The notes under the pieces are model-generated. The model worked only from the letters and a program-made list of their open reading frames with translations. It was not told the origin of the DNA and searched no databases. From positions 22,527 through 86,526 of the forward strand of contig NEEC01000111.1 of NCBI GenBank assembly GCA_002189035.1: a DNA stretch of 64,000 nucleotides, written 5' to 3'. A program made the translations under genes and the position numbers. The DNA is from Utricularia gibba (taxonomy: Eukaryota; Plantae; Magnoliophyta). Position 1 is the first letter of the stretch. Each line of letters begins with the position of its first letter. Below are positions 13,901 through 25,900 of this stretch, in pieces.

Positions 13901-16900
13901 TGCCAAAACCCAGGTGGCGGCACTGGACATCCAAATGTTGAAAAAAGCGTGGCTTTTTTCGGTGGGCCACAAGGCGCCCCGAGGGTGGGCCCAGTGCCTC
14001 CAGAGACACCTCCCCCTCAAGAAGGGAGATCATGCCAAAAGGGAGGTGGCGGCACTGGACATCCAAATGCCCAAAAAAGCATGACTTTTCTCGAAAGGCC
14101 ATTCTGGACGAGCCATCGCCTAGCATGCTCGAGCGCGGCGTGCGTCCCGCGCGAGGCCATGCCCGCCCATGTCCGAGCATGGCGCGCGGGCGGGCGTCCC
14201 GCGGGAGACATTCCCCGCCCATGTCCGAGCATGGCGTGCAAGCGGGCGTCCCTTGTGAGTCATTCCCCGCGCATGCTCGAGCATGGCGTGCGGGCGGGCG
14301 TCCCGCGCGAGGCCATCCCGCGCATGTTCGATCATGGCGTGCGGGGGGCGTCCGCGCGAGGCCATGCCCGCCCATGTCCGAGCATGGCGCGCGGGCGGGC
14401 GTCCCGCGCGAGACATTCCCCCATGTCGAGCATGGCGTGCGGCGGGCGTCCCGCGCGAGACATTCCCGCGCATGCTCGAGCATGGCGCGCGGGCGGCCGT
14501 CCCGCGCGAGACATTCCCCGCGCATGGCGTGCGGACGCGTCCCGCGCGAGACATCGAACGTGCTTGCTCGAGCATCTTGAGGGGGAACCCACCCCTACTC
14601 GCCCCGATGGAGGTGCTGCCTCCACGCCATGCCCACGGAGCCGGCGCCGCACGCCTGGGGCACACCGCCCCCGAGGGTGGGCCGGGTGCCTCTCGAGACA
14701 CCTCCCCCCTCAAGAAGGGAGAACATGCCAAAACCCAGGTGGCGGCACTGGACATCCAAATGTTGAAAAAAGCGTGGCTTTTTTCGGTGGGCCACAAGGC
14801 GCCCCGAGGGTGGGCCCAGTGCCTCCAGAGACACCTCCCCCTCAAGAAGGGAGATCATGCCAAAAGGGAGGTGGCGGCACTGGACATCCAAATGCCCAAA
14901 AAAGCATGACTTTTCTCGAAAGGCCATTCTGGACGAGCCATCGCCTAGCATGCTCGAGCGCGGCGTGCGTCCCGCGCGAGGCCATGCCCGCCCATGTCCG
15001 AGCATGGCGCGCGGGCGGGCGTCCCGCGGGAGACATTCCCGCCCATGTCCGAGCATGGCGTGCAAGCGGGCGTCCCTTGTGAGTCATTCCCCGCGCATGC
15101 TCGAGCATGGCGTGCGGGGGGCGTCCCGCGCGAGGCCATCCCGCGCATGTTCGATCATGGCGTGCGGGGGGGCGTCCCGCGCGAGGCCATGCCCGCCCAT
15201 GTCCGAGCATGGCGCGCGATGCATGTCGAGCATGGCGTGCGGGCGGCGTCCCGCGCGAGACATTCCCCGCGCATGCTCGAGCATGGCGCGCGGGCGGCCG
15301 TCCGCGCGAGACATTCCCGCGCATGGCGTGCGGACGCCCGTCCCGCGCGAGACATCGAACGTGCTTGCTCGAGCATCTTGAGGGGGAACCCACCCCTACT
15401 CGCCCCGATGGAGGTGCTGCCTCCACGCCATGCCCACGGAGCCGGCGCCGCACGCCTGGGGCACACCGCCCCCGAGGGTGGGCCGGGTGCCTCTCGAGAC
15501 ACCTCCCCCTCAAGAAGGGAGAACATGCCAAAACCCAGGTGGCGGCACTGGACATCCAAATGTTGAAAAAAGCGTGGCTTTTTTCGGTGGGCCACAAGGC
15601 GCCCCGAGGGTGGGCCCAGTGCCTCCAGAGACACCTCCCCCCTCAAGAAGGGAGATCATGCCAAAAGGGAGGTGGCGGCACTGGACATCCAAATGCCCAA
15701 AAAAGCATGACTTTTCTCGAAAGGCCATTCTGGACGAGCCATCGCCTAGCATGCTCGAGCGCGGCGTGCGTCCGCGCGAGGCCATGCCCGCCCATGTCCG
15801 AGCATGGCGCGCGGGCGGGCGTCCCGCGGGAGACATTCCCGCCCATGTCCGAGCATGGCGTGCAAGCGGGCGTCCCTTGTGAGTCATTCCCCCGCATGCT
15901 CGAGCATGGCGTGCGGCGGGCGTCCCGCGCGAGGCCATCCCGCGCATGTTCGATCATGGCGTGCGGGGGGGCGTCCCGCGCGAGGCCATGCCCGCCCATG
16001 TCCGAGCATGGCGTGCGGGCGGGCGTCCCGTGGGAGTCATTCCCGCGCATGCTCGAGCATGGCGCGCGGGCGGCCGTCCCGCGCGAGACATTCCCCGCGC
16101 ATGCTGGAGCAAGGCGTGCGGGCGGGCGTCCATGGCGAGTCACCGCCCCGCATGGCGTGCGGACGCCCGTCCCGCGCGAGACATCGAACGTGCTTGCTCG
16201 AGCATCTTGAGGGGGAACCCACCCCTACTCGCCCCGATGGAGGTGCTGCCTCCACGCCATGCCCACGGAGCCGGCGCCGCACGCCTGGGGCACACCGCCC
16301 CCGAGGGTGGGCCGGGTGCCTCTCGAGACACCTCCCCCCTCAAGAAGGGAGAACATGCCAAAACCCAGGTGGCGGCACTGGACATCCAAATGTTGAAAAA
16401 AGCGTGGCTTTTTTCGGTGGGCCACAAGGCGCCCCGAGGGTGGGCCCAGTGCCTCCAGAGACACCCCCCTCAAGAAGGGAGATCATGCCAAAAGGGAGGT
16501 GGCGGCACTGGACATCCAAATGCCCAAAAAAGCATGACTTTTCTCGAAAGGCCATTCTGGACGAGCCATCGCCTAGCATGCTCGAGCGCGGCGTGCGTCC
16601 CGCGCGAGGCCATGCCCGCCCATGTCCGAGCATGGCGCGCGGCGGGCGTCCCGCGGGAGACATTCCCCGCCCATGTCCGAGCATGGCGTGCAAGCGGGCG
16701 TCCCTTGTGAGTCATTCCCCGCGCATGCTCGAGCATGGCGTGCGGGCGGGCGTCCCGCGAGGCCATCCCGCGCATGTTCGATCATGGCGTGCGGGGGGCG
16801 TCCCGCGCGAGGCCATGCCCGCCCATGTCCGAGCATGGCGTGCGGGCGGGCGTCCCGTGGGAGTCATTCCCCGCGCATGCTCGAGCATGGCGCGCGGGCG

Positions 16901-19900
16901 GCCGTCCCGCGCGAGACATTCCCCGCGCATGCTGGAGCAAGGCGTGCGGGCGGGCGTCCATGGCGAGTCACCGCCCCACGCATGGCGTGCGGACGCCCGT
17001 CCCGCGCGAGACATCGAACGTGCTTGCTCGAGCATCTTGAGGGGGAACCCACCCCTACTCGCCCCGATGGAGGTGCTGCCTCCACGCCATGCCCACGGAG
17101 CCGGCGCCGCACGCCTGGGGCACACCGCCCCCCGAGGGTGGGCCGGGTGCCTCTCGAGACACCTCCCCCTCAAGAAGGGAGAACATGCCAAAACCCAGGT
17201 GGCGGCACTGGACATCCAAATGTTGAAAAAAGCGTGGCTTTTTTCGGTGGGCCACAAGGCGCCCCGAGGGTGGGCCCAGTGCCTCCAGAGACACCTCCCC
17301 CTCAAGAAGGGAGATCATGCCAAAAGGGAGGTGGCGGCACTGGACATCCAAATGCCCAAAAAAGCATGACTTTTCTCGAAAGGCCATTCTGGACGAGCCA
17401 TCGCCTAGCATGCTCGAGCGCGGCGTGCGTCCCGCGCGAGGCCATGCCCGCCCATGTCCGAGCATGGCGCGCGGGCGGGCGTCCCGCGGGAGACATTCCC
17501 GCCCATGTCCGAGCATGGCGTGCAAGCGGGCGTCCCTTGTGAGTCATTCCCCGCGCATGCTCGAGCATGGCGTGCGGGCGGGCGTCCCGCGCGAGGCCAT
17601 CCCCGCGCATGTTCGATCATGGCGTGCGGGGGCGTCCGCGCGAGGCATGCCCCGCCCATGTCCGAGCATGGCGTGCGGGCGGGCGTCCCGTGGGAGTCAT
17701 TCCCCGCGCATGCTCGAGCATGGCGCGCGGGCGGCCGTCCGCGCGAGACATTCCCGCGCATGCTCGAGCAAGGCGTGCGGGCGGGCGTCCATGGCGAGTC
17801 ACGCCCCACGCATGGCGTGCGGACGCCCGTCCCGCGCGAGACATCGAACGTGCTTGCTCGAGCATCTTGAGGGGGAACCCACCCCTACTCGCCCCGATGG
17901 AGGTGCTGCCTCACGCCATGCCCACGGAGCCGGCGCCGCACGCCTGGGGCACACCGCCCCCCGAGGGTGGGCCGGGTGCCTCTCGAGACACCTCCCCCCT
18001 CAAGAAGGGAGAACATGCCAAAACCCAGGTGGCGGCACTGGACATCCAAATGTTGAAAAAAGCGTGGCTTTTTTCGGTGGGCCACAAGGCGCCCCGAGGG
18101 TGGGCCCAGTGCCTCCAGAGACACCTCCCCCCTCAAGAAGGGAGATCATGCCAAAAGGGAGGTGGCGGCACTGGACATCCAAATGCCCAAAAAAGCATGA
18201 CTTTTCTCGAAAGGCCATTCTGGACGAGCCATCGCCTAGCATGCTCGAGCGCGGCGTGCGTCCCGCGCGAGGCCATGCCCGCCCATGTCCGAGCATGGCG
18301 CGCGGGCGGCGTCCCGCGGGAGACATTCCCCCCATGTCCGAGCATGGCGTGCAAGCGGGCGTCCCTTGTGAGTCATTCCCCGCGCATGCTCGAGCATGGC
18401 GTGCGGGCGGGCGTCCCGCGCGAGGCCATCCCCGCGCATGTTCGATCATGGCGTGCGGGGGGGCGTCCCGCGCGAGGCCATGCCCGCCCATGTCCGAGCA
18501 TGGCGTCCCGCGCGAGACATTCCCCGCCCATGTCCGAGCATGGCGTGCGGGCGGGCGTCCCGCGCGAGACATTCCCGCGCATGCTCGAGCATGGCGCGCG
18601 GGCGGCCGTCCCGCGCGAGACATTCCCCGCGCATGGCGTGCGGACGCCCGTCCCGCGCGAGACATCGAACGTGCTTGCTCGAGCATCTTGAGGGGGAACC
18701 CACCCCTACTCGCCCCGATGGAGGTGCTGCCTCCACGCCATGCCCACGGAGCCGGCGCCGCACGCCTGGGGCACACCGCCCCCCGAGGGTGGGTGGGCCG
18801 GGTGCCTCTCGAGACACCTCCCCCTCAAGAAGGGAGAACATGCCAAAACCCAGGTGGCGGCACTGGACATCCAAATGTTGAAAAAAGCGTGGCTTTTTTC
18901 GGTGGGCCACAAGGCGCCCCGAGGGTGGGCCCAGTGCCTCCAGAGACACCTCCCCCCTCAAGAAGGGAGATCATGCCAAAAGGGAGGTGGCGGCACTGGA
19001 CATCCAAATGCCCAAAAAAGCATGACTTTTCTCGAAAGGCCATTCTGGACGAGCCATCGCCTAGCATGCTCGAGCGCGGCGTGCGTCCCGCGCGAGGCCA
19101 TGCCCGCCCATGTCCGAGCATGGCGCGCGGGCGGGCGTCCCGCGGGAGACATTCCCCGCCCATGTCCGAGCATGGCGTGCAAGCGGGCGTCCCTTGTGAG
19201 TCATTCCCCGCGCATGCTCGAGCATGGCGTGCGGGCGGGCGTCCCGCGCGAGGCCATCCCGCGCATGTTCGATCATGGCGTGCGGGGGGGCGTCCCGCGC
19301 GAGGCCATGGCCATGTCGAGCATGAGACATTCCCGCCCATGTCCGAGCATGGCGTGCGGGCGGGCGTCCGCGCGAGACATTCCCCGCGCATGCTCGAGCA
19401 TGGCGCGCGGGCGGCCGTCCCGCGCGAGACATTCCCCGCATGGCGTGCGGACGCCCGTCCCGCGCGAGACATCGAACGTGCTTGCTCGAGCATCTTGAGG
19501 GGAACCCACCCCTACTCGCCCCGATGGAGGTGCTGCCTCCACGCCATGCCCACGGAGCCGGCGCCGCACGCCTGGGGCACACCGCCCCCGAGGGTGGGCC
19601 GGGTGCCTCTCGAGACACCTCCCCCTCAAGAAGGGAGAACATGCCAAAACCCAGGTGGCGGCACTGGACATCCAAATGTTGAAAAAAGCGTGGCTTTTTT
19701 CGGGGGCCACAAGGCGCCCCGAGGGTGGGCCCAGTGCCTCCAGAGACACCTCCCCCTCAAGAAGGGAGATCATGCCAAAAGGGAGGTGGCGGCACTGGAC
19801 ATCCAAATGCCCAAAAAAGCATGACTTTTCTCGAAAGGCCATTCTGGACGAGCCATCGCCTAGCATGCTCGAGCGCGGCGTGCGTCCCGCGCGAGGCCAT

Positions 19901-22900
19901 GCCCGCCCATGTCCGAGCATGGCGCGCGGGCGGGCGTCCCGCGGGAGACATTCCCGCCCATGTCCGAGCATGGCGTGCAAGCGGGCGTCCCTTGTGAGTC
20001 ATTCCCCGCGCATGCTCGAGCATGGCGTGCGGGCGGGCGTCCCGCGCGAGGCCATCCCCGCGCATGTTCGATCATGGCGTGCGGGGGGCGTCCCGCGCGA
20101 GGCCATGCCCGCCCATGTCCGAGCATGGCGCGCGGGCGGGCGTCCCGCGCGAGACATTCCCCGCCCATGTCCGAGCATGGCGTGCGGGCGGGCGTCCCGC
20201 GGAGACATTCCCCGCGCATGCTCGAGCATGGCGCGCGGGCGGCCGTCCCGCGCGAGACATTCCCCGCGCATGGCGTGCGGACGCCCGTCGCGCGAGACAT
20301 CGAACGTGCTTGCTCGAGCATCTTGAGGGGGAACCCACCCCTACTCGCCCCGATGGAGGTGCTGCCTCCACGCCATGCCCACGGAGCCGGCGCCGCACGC
20401 CTGGGGCACACCGCCCCCCGAGGGTGGGCCGGGTGCCTCTCGAGACACCTCCCCCTCAAGAAGGGAGAACATGCCAAAACCCAGGTGGCGGCACTGGACA
20501 TCCAAATGTTGAAAAAAGCGTGGCTTTTTTCGGTGGGCCACAAGGCGCCCCGAGGGTGGGCCCAGTGCCTCCAGAGACACCTCCCCCCTCAAGAAGGGAG
20601 ATCATGCCAAAAGGGAGGTGGCGGCACTGGACATCCAAATGCCCAAAAAAGCATGACTTTTCTCGAAAGGCCATTCTGGACGAGCCATCGCCTAGCATGC
20701 TCGAGCGCGGCGTGCGTCCCGCGCGAGGCCATGCCCGCCCATGTCCGAGCATGGCGCGCGGGCGGGCGTCCCGCGGGAGACATTCCCCGCCCATGTCCGA
20801 GCATGGCGTGCAAGCGGGCGTCCCTTGTGAGTCATTCCCCGCGCATGCTCGAGCATGGCGTGCGGGCGGGCGTCCCGCGCGAGGCCATCCCCGCGCATGT
20901 TCGATCATGGCGTGCGGGGGGGTCCCGCGCGAGGCCATGCCCGCCCATGTCCGAGCATGGCGTGCGGGGCGTCCCGGCCGCGCGAGTCATTCCCGCGCAT
21001 GCTCGAGCATGGCGCGCGGGCGCCGTCCCGCGCGAGACATTCCCCGCGCATGCTGCGGCGTGCGGGCGGGCGTCCACGCCCGCATGGCGTGCGACGCCCG
21101 TCCCGCGCGAGACATCGAACGTGCTTGCTCGAGCATCTTGAGGGGGAACCCACCCCTACTCGCCCCGATGGAGGTGCTGCCTCCACGCCATGCCCACGGA
21201 GCCGGCGCCGCACGCCTGGGGCACACCGCCCCCGAGGGTGGGCCGGGTGCCTCTCGAGACACCTCCCCCCTCAAGAAGGGAGAACATGCCAAAACCCAGG
21301 TGGCGGCACTGGACATCCAAATGTTGAAAAAAGCGTGGCTTTTTTCGGTGGGCCACAAGGCGCCCCGAGGGTGGGCCCAGTGCCTCCAGAGACACCTCCC
21401 CCTCAAGAAGGGAGATCATGCCAAAAGGGAGGTGGCGGCACTGGACATCCAAATGCCCAAAAAAGCATGACTTTTCTCGAAAGGCCATTCTGGACGAGCC
21501 ATCGCCTAGCATGCTCGAGCGCGGCGTGCGTCCCGCGCGAGGCCATGCCCGCCCATGTCCGAGCATGGCGCGCGGGCGGGCGTCCCGCGGGAGACATTCC
21601 CCGCCCATGTCCGAGCATGGCGTGCAAGCGGGCGTCCCTTGTGAGTCATTCCCCGCGCATGCTCGAGCATGGCGTGCGGGCGGGCGTCCCGCGCGAGGCC
21701 ATCCCCGCGCATGTTCGATCATGGCGTGCGGGGGGCGTCCCGCGCGAGGCCATGCCCGCCCATGTCCGAGCATGGCGTGCGGGCGGGCGTCCCGTGGGAG
21801 TCATTCCCCGCGCATGCTCGAGCATGGCGCGCGGGCGGCCGTCCCGCGCGAGACATTCCCCGCGCATGCTGGAGCAAGGCGTGCGGGCGGGCGTCCATGG
21901 CGAGTCACCGCCCCACGCATGGCGTGCGGACGCCCGTCCCGCGCGAGACATCGAACGTGCTTGCTCGAGCATCTTGAGGGGGAACCCACCCCTACTCGCC
22001 CCGATGGAGGTGCTGCCTCCACGCCATGCCCACGGAGCCGGCGCCGCACGCCTGGGGCACACCGCCCCCCGAGGGTGGGCCGGGTGCCTCTCGAGACACC
22101 TCCCCCCTCAAGAAGGGAGAACATGCCAAAACCCAGGTGGCGGCACTGGACATCCAAATGTTGAAAAAAGCGTGGCTTTTTTCGGTGGGCCACAAGGCGC
22201 CCCGAGGGTGGGCCCAGTGCCTCCAGAGACACCTCCCCCCTCAAGAAGGGAGATCATGCCAAAAGGGAGGTGGCGGCACTGGACATCCAAATGCCCAAAA
22301 AAGCATGACTTTTCTCGAAAGGCCATTCTGGACGAGCCATCGCCTAGCATGCTCGAGCGCGGCGTGCGTCCCGCGCGAGGCCATGCCCGCCCATGTCCGA
22401 GCATGGCGCGCGGGCGGGCGTCCCGCGGGAGACATTCCCCGCCCATGTCGAGCATGGCGTGCAAGCGGCGTCCCTTGTGAGTCATTCCCGCGCATGCTCG
22501 AGCATGGCGTGCGGCGGGCGTCCCGCGCGAGGCCATCCCGCGCATGTTCGATCATGGCGTGCGGGGGGCGTTGCCCGCCCATGTCCGAGCATGGCGTGCG
22601 GGCGGGCGTCCCGGCATTCCCCGCGCATGCTCGAGCATGGCGCGCGGGCGGCCGTCCGCGCGAGACATTCCCCGCGCATGCCCGTGCGGGCCACGCCCGT
22701 CCGCGCGAGACATCGAACGTGCTTGCTCGAGCATCTTGAGGGGGAACCCACCCCTACTCGCCCCGATGGAGGTGCTGCCTCCACGCCATGCCCACGGAGC
22801 CGGCGCGCACGCCTGGGGCACACCGCCCCCCGAGGGTGGGCCGGGTGCCTCTCGAGACACCTCCCCCCTCAAGAAGGGAGAACATGCCAAAACCCAGGTG

Positions 22901-25900
22901 GCGGCACTGGACATCCAAATGTTGAAAAAAGCGTGGCTTTTTTCGGTGGGCCACAAGGCGCCCCGAGGGTGGGCCCAGTGCCTCCAGAGACACCTCCCCC
23001 TCAAGAAGGGAGATCATGCCAAAAGGGAGGTGGCGGCACTGGACATCCAAATGCCCAAAAAAGCATGACTTTTCTCGAAAGGCCATTCTGGACGAGCCAT
23101 CGCCTAGCATGCTCGAGCGCGGCGTGCGTCCGCGCGAGGCCATGCCCGCCCATGTCCGAGCATGCGCGCGGCGGGCGTCCCGGGAGACATTCCCCGCCCA
23201 TGTCCGAGCATGGCGTGCAAGCGGGCGTCCCTTGTGAGTCATTCCCCGCGCATGCTCGAGCATGGCGTGCGGGCGGGCGTCCCGCGCGAGGCCATCCCGC
23301 GCATGTTCGATCATGGCGTGCGGGCGGGCGTCCCGCGCGATTCCCCGCCATGTCCGAGCATGGTGCGGGCGGCGTCCCGCATTCCCGCGCATGCTCGAGC
23401 ATGGCGCGCGGGCGGCCGTCCGCGAGACATTCCCGCGCATGGCGTGCGCCCGTCGCCGCGTCCCGCGCGAGACATCGAACGTGCTTGCTCGAGCATCTTG
23501 AGGGGGAACCCACCCCTACTCGCCCCGATGGAGGTGCTGCCTCCACGCCATGCCCACGGAGCCGGCGCCGCACGCCTGGGGCACACCGCCCCCGAGGGTG
23601 GGCCGGGTGCCTCTCGAGACACCTCCCCCCTCAAGAAGGGAGAACATGCCAAAACCCAGGTGGCGGCACTGGACATCCAAATGTTGAAAAAAGCGTGGCT
23701 TTTTTCGGTGGGCCACAAGGCGCCCCGAGGGTGGGCCCAGTGCCTCCAGAGACACCTCCCCCTCAAGAAGGGAGATCATGCCAAAAGGGAGGTGGCGGCA
23801 CTGGACATCCAAATGCCCAAAAAAGCATGACTTTTCTCGAAAGGCCATTCTGGACGAGCCATCGCCTAGCATGCTCGAGCGCGGCGTGCGTCCCGCGCGA
23901 GGCCATGCCCGCCCATGTCCGAGCATCCAAATGCGGGCGGGCGTCCCGAAAAGAAGCGTGGCTTTTGTTCCGAGCATGGCGCCAAGCGGCGCGTCCCTTG
24001 TGAGCCAGTTCCCGCGCGCAGAGACAGCATCTCCCCCCTCAAGAAGCGGAGCGTCATGCCAGGGGAGGTGGCGGCACTGGACGCGCAAATGCCCAAGATC
24101 AGCATGACGTGGGGGGAAAGGCCATTCTGGACGAGCCATCGCCTAGCATGCTCGAGCGCGGCGTGCGTCCCGCGCGAGGCCATGCCCGCCCATGTCCGAG
24201 CATGGCGCGCGGCGGCGTCCGCGGGAGACATTCCCCGCCCATGTCCGAGCATGGCGTGCAAGCGGGCGTCCCTTGTGAGTCATTCCCCGCCATGCTCGAG
24301 CATGGCGTGCGGGCGGGCGTCCCGCGCGAGGCCATCCCCGCGCATGTTCGATCATGGCGTGCGGGGGGCGTCCCGCGCGAGCCATGCCCGCCCATGTCCG
24401 AGCATGGCGTGCGGGCGGGCGTCCCGGGAGTCATTCCCCGCGCATGCTCGAGCATGGCGCGCGGGCGGCCGTCCCGCGCGAGACATTCCCCGCGCATGCT
24501 GAGCAAGGCGTGCGGGCGGGCGTCCATGGCGAGTCACCGCCCCGCATGGCGTGCGGACGCCCGTCCCGCGCGAGACATCGAACGTGCTTGCTCGAGCATC
24601 TTGAGGGGGAACCCACCCCTACTCGCCCCGATGGAGGTGCTGCCTCCACGCCATGCCCACGGAGCCGGCGCCGCACGCCTGGGGCACACCGCCCCCGAGG
24701 GTGGGCCGGGTGCCTCTCGAGACACCTCCCCCTCAAGAAGGGAGAACATGCCAAAACCCAGGTGGCGGCACTGGACATCCAAATGTTGAAAAAAGCGTGG
24801 CTTTTTTCGGTGGGCCACAAGGCGCCCCGAGGGTGGGCCCAGTGCCTCCAGAGACACCTCCCCCCTCAAGAAGGGAGATCATGCCAAAAGGGAGGTGGCG
24901 GCACTGGACATCCAAATGCCCAAAAAAGCATGACTTTTCTCGAAAGGCCATTCTGGACGAGCCATCGCCTAGCATGCTCGAGCGCGGCGTGCGTCCCGCG
25001 CGAGGCCATGCCCGCCCATGTCCGAGCATGGCGCGCGGGCGGGCGTCCCGCGGGAGACATTCCCCGCCCATGTCCGAGCATGGCGTGCAAGCGGGCGTCC
25101 CTTGTGAGTCATTCCCCGCGCATGCTCGAGCATGGCGTGCGGCGGGCGTCCCGCGCGAGGCCATCCCCGCGCATGTTCGATCATGGCGTGCGGGGGGCGT
25201 CCCGCGCGAGGCCATGCCCGCCCATGTCCGAGCATGGCGTGCGGGCGGGCGTCCCGTGGGAGTCATTCCCCGCGCATGCTCGAGCATGGCGCGCGGGCGG
25301 CCGTCCCGCGCGAGACATTCCCGCGCATGCTCGAGCAAGGCGTGCGGGCGTCCATGGCGAGTCACCGCCCCACGCATGGCGTGCGGACGCCCGTCCCGCG
25401 CGAGACATCGAACGTGCTTGCTCGAGCATCTTGAGGGGAACCCACCCCTACTCGCCCCGATGGAGGTGCTGCCTCCACGCCATGCCCACGGAGCCGGCGC
25501 CGCACGCCTGGGGCACACCGCCCCCCGAGGTGGGCCGGGTGCCTCTCGAGACACCTCCCCCCTCAAGAAGGAGAACATGCCAAAACCCAGGTGGCGGCAC
25601 TGGACATCCAAATGTTGAAAAAAGCGTGGCTTTTTTCGGTGGGCCACAAGGCGCCCCGAGGGTGGGCCCAGTGCCTCCAGAGACACCTCCCCCTCAAGAA
25701 GGGAGATCATGCCAAAAGGGAGGTGGCGGCACTGGACATCCAAATGCCCAAAAAAGCATGACTTTTCTCGAAAGGCCATTCTGGACGAGCCATCGCCTAG
25801 CATGCTCGAGCGCGGCGTGCGTCCCGCGCGAGGCCATGCCCGCCCATGTCCGAGCATGGCGCGCGGGCGGGCGTCCCGCGGGAGACATTCCCCGCCCATG

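Noticed and set aside
21510-21920. RY/Sph seed-gene elements (GCATGC) as Pol II regulatory sites
   Set aside because: The motif is part of the repeat palindrome; no Pol II gene nearby and the canonical CATGCA(TG) context is mostly absent.
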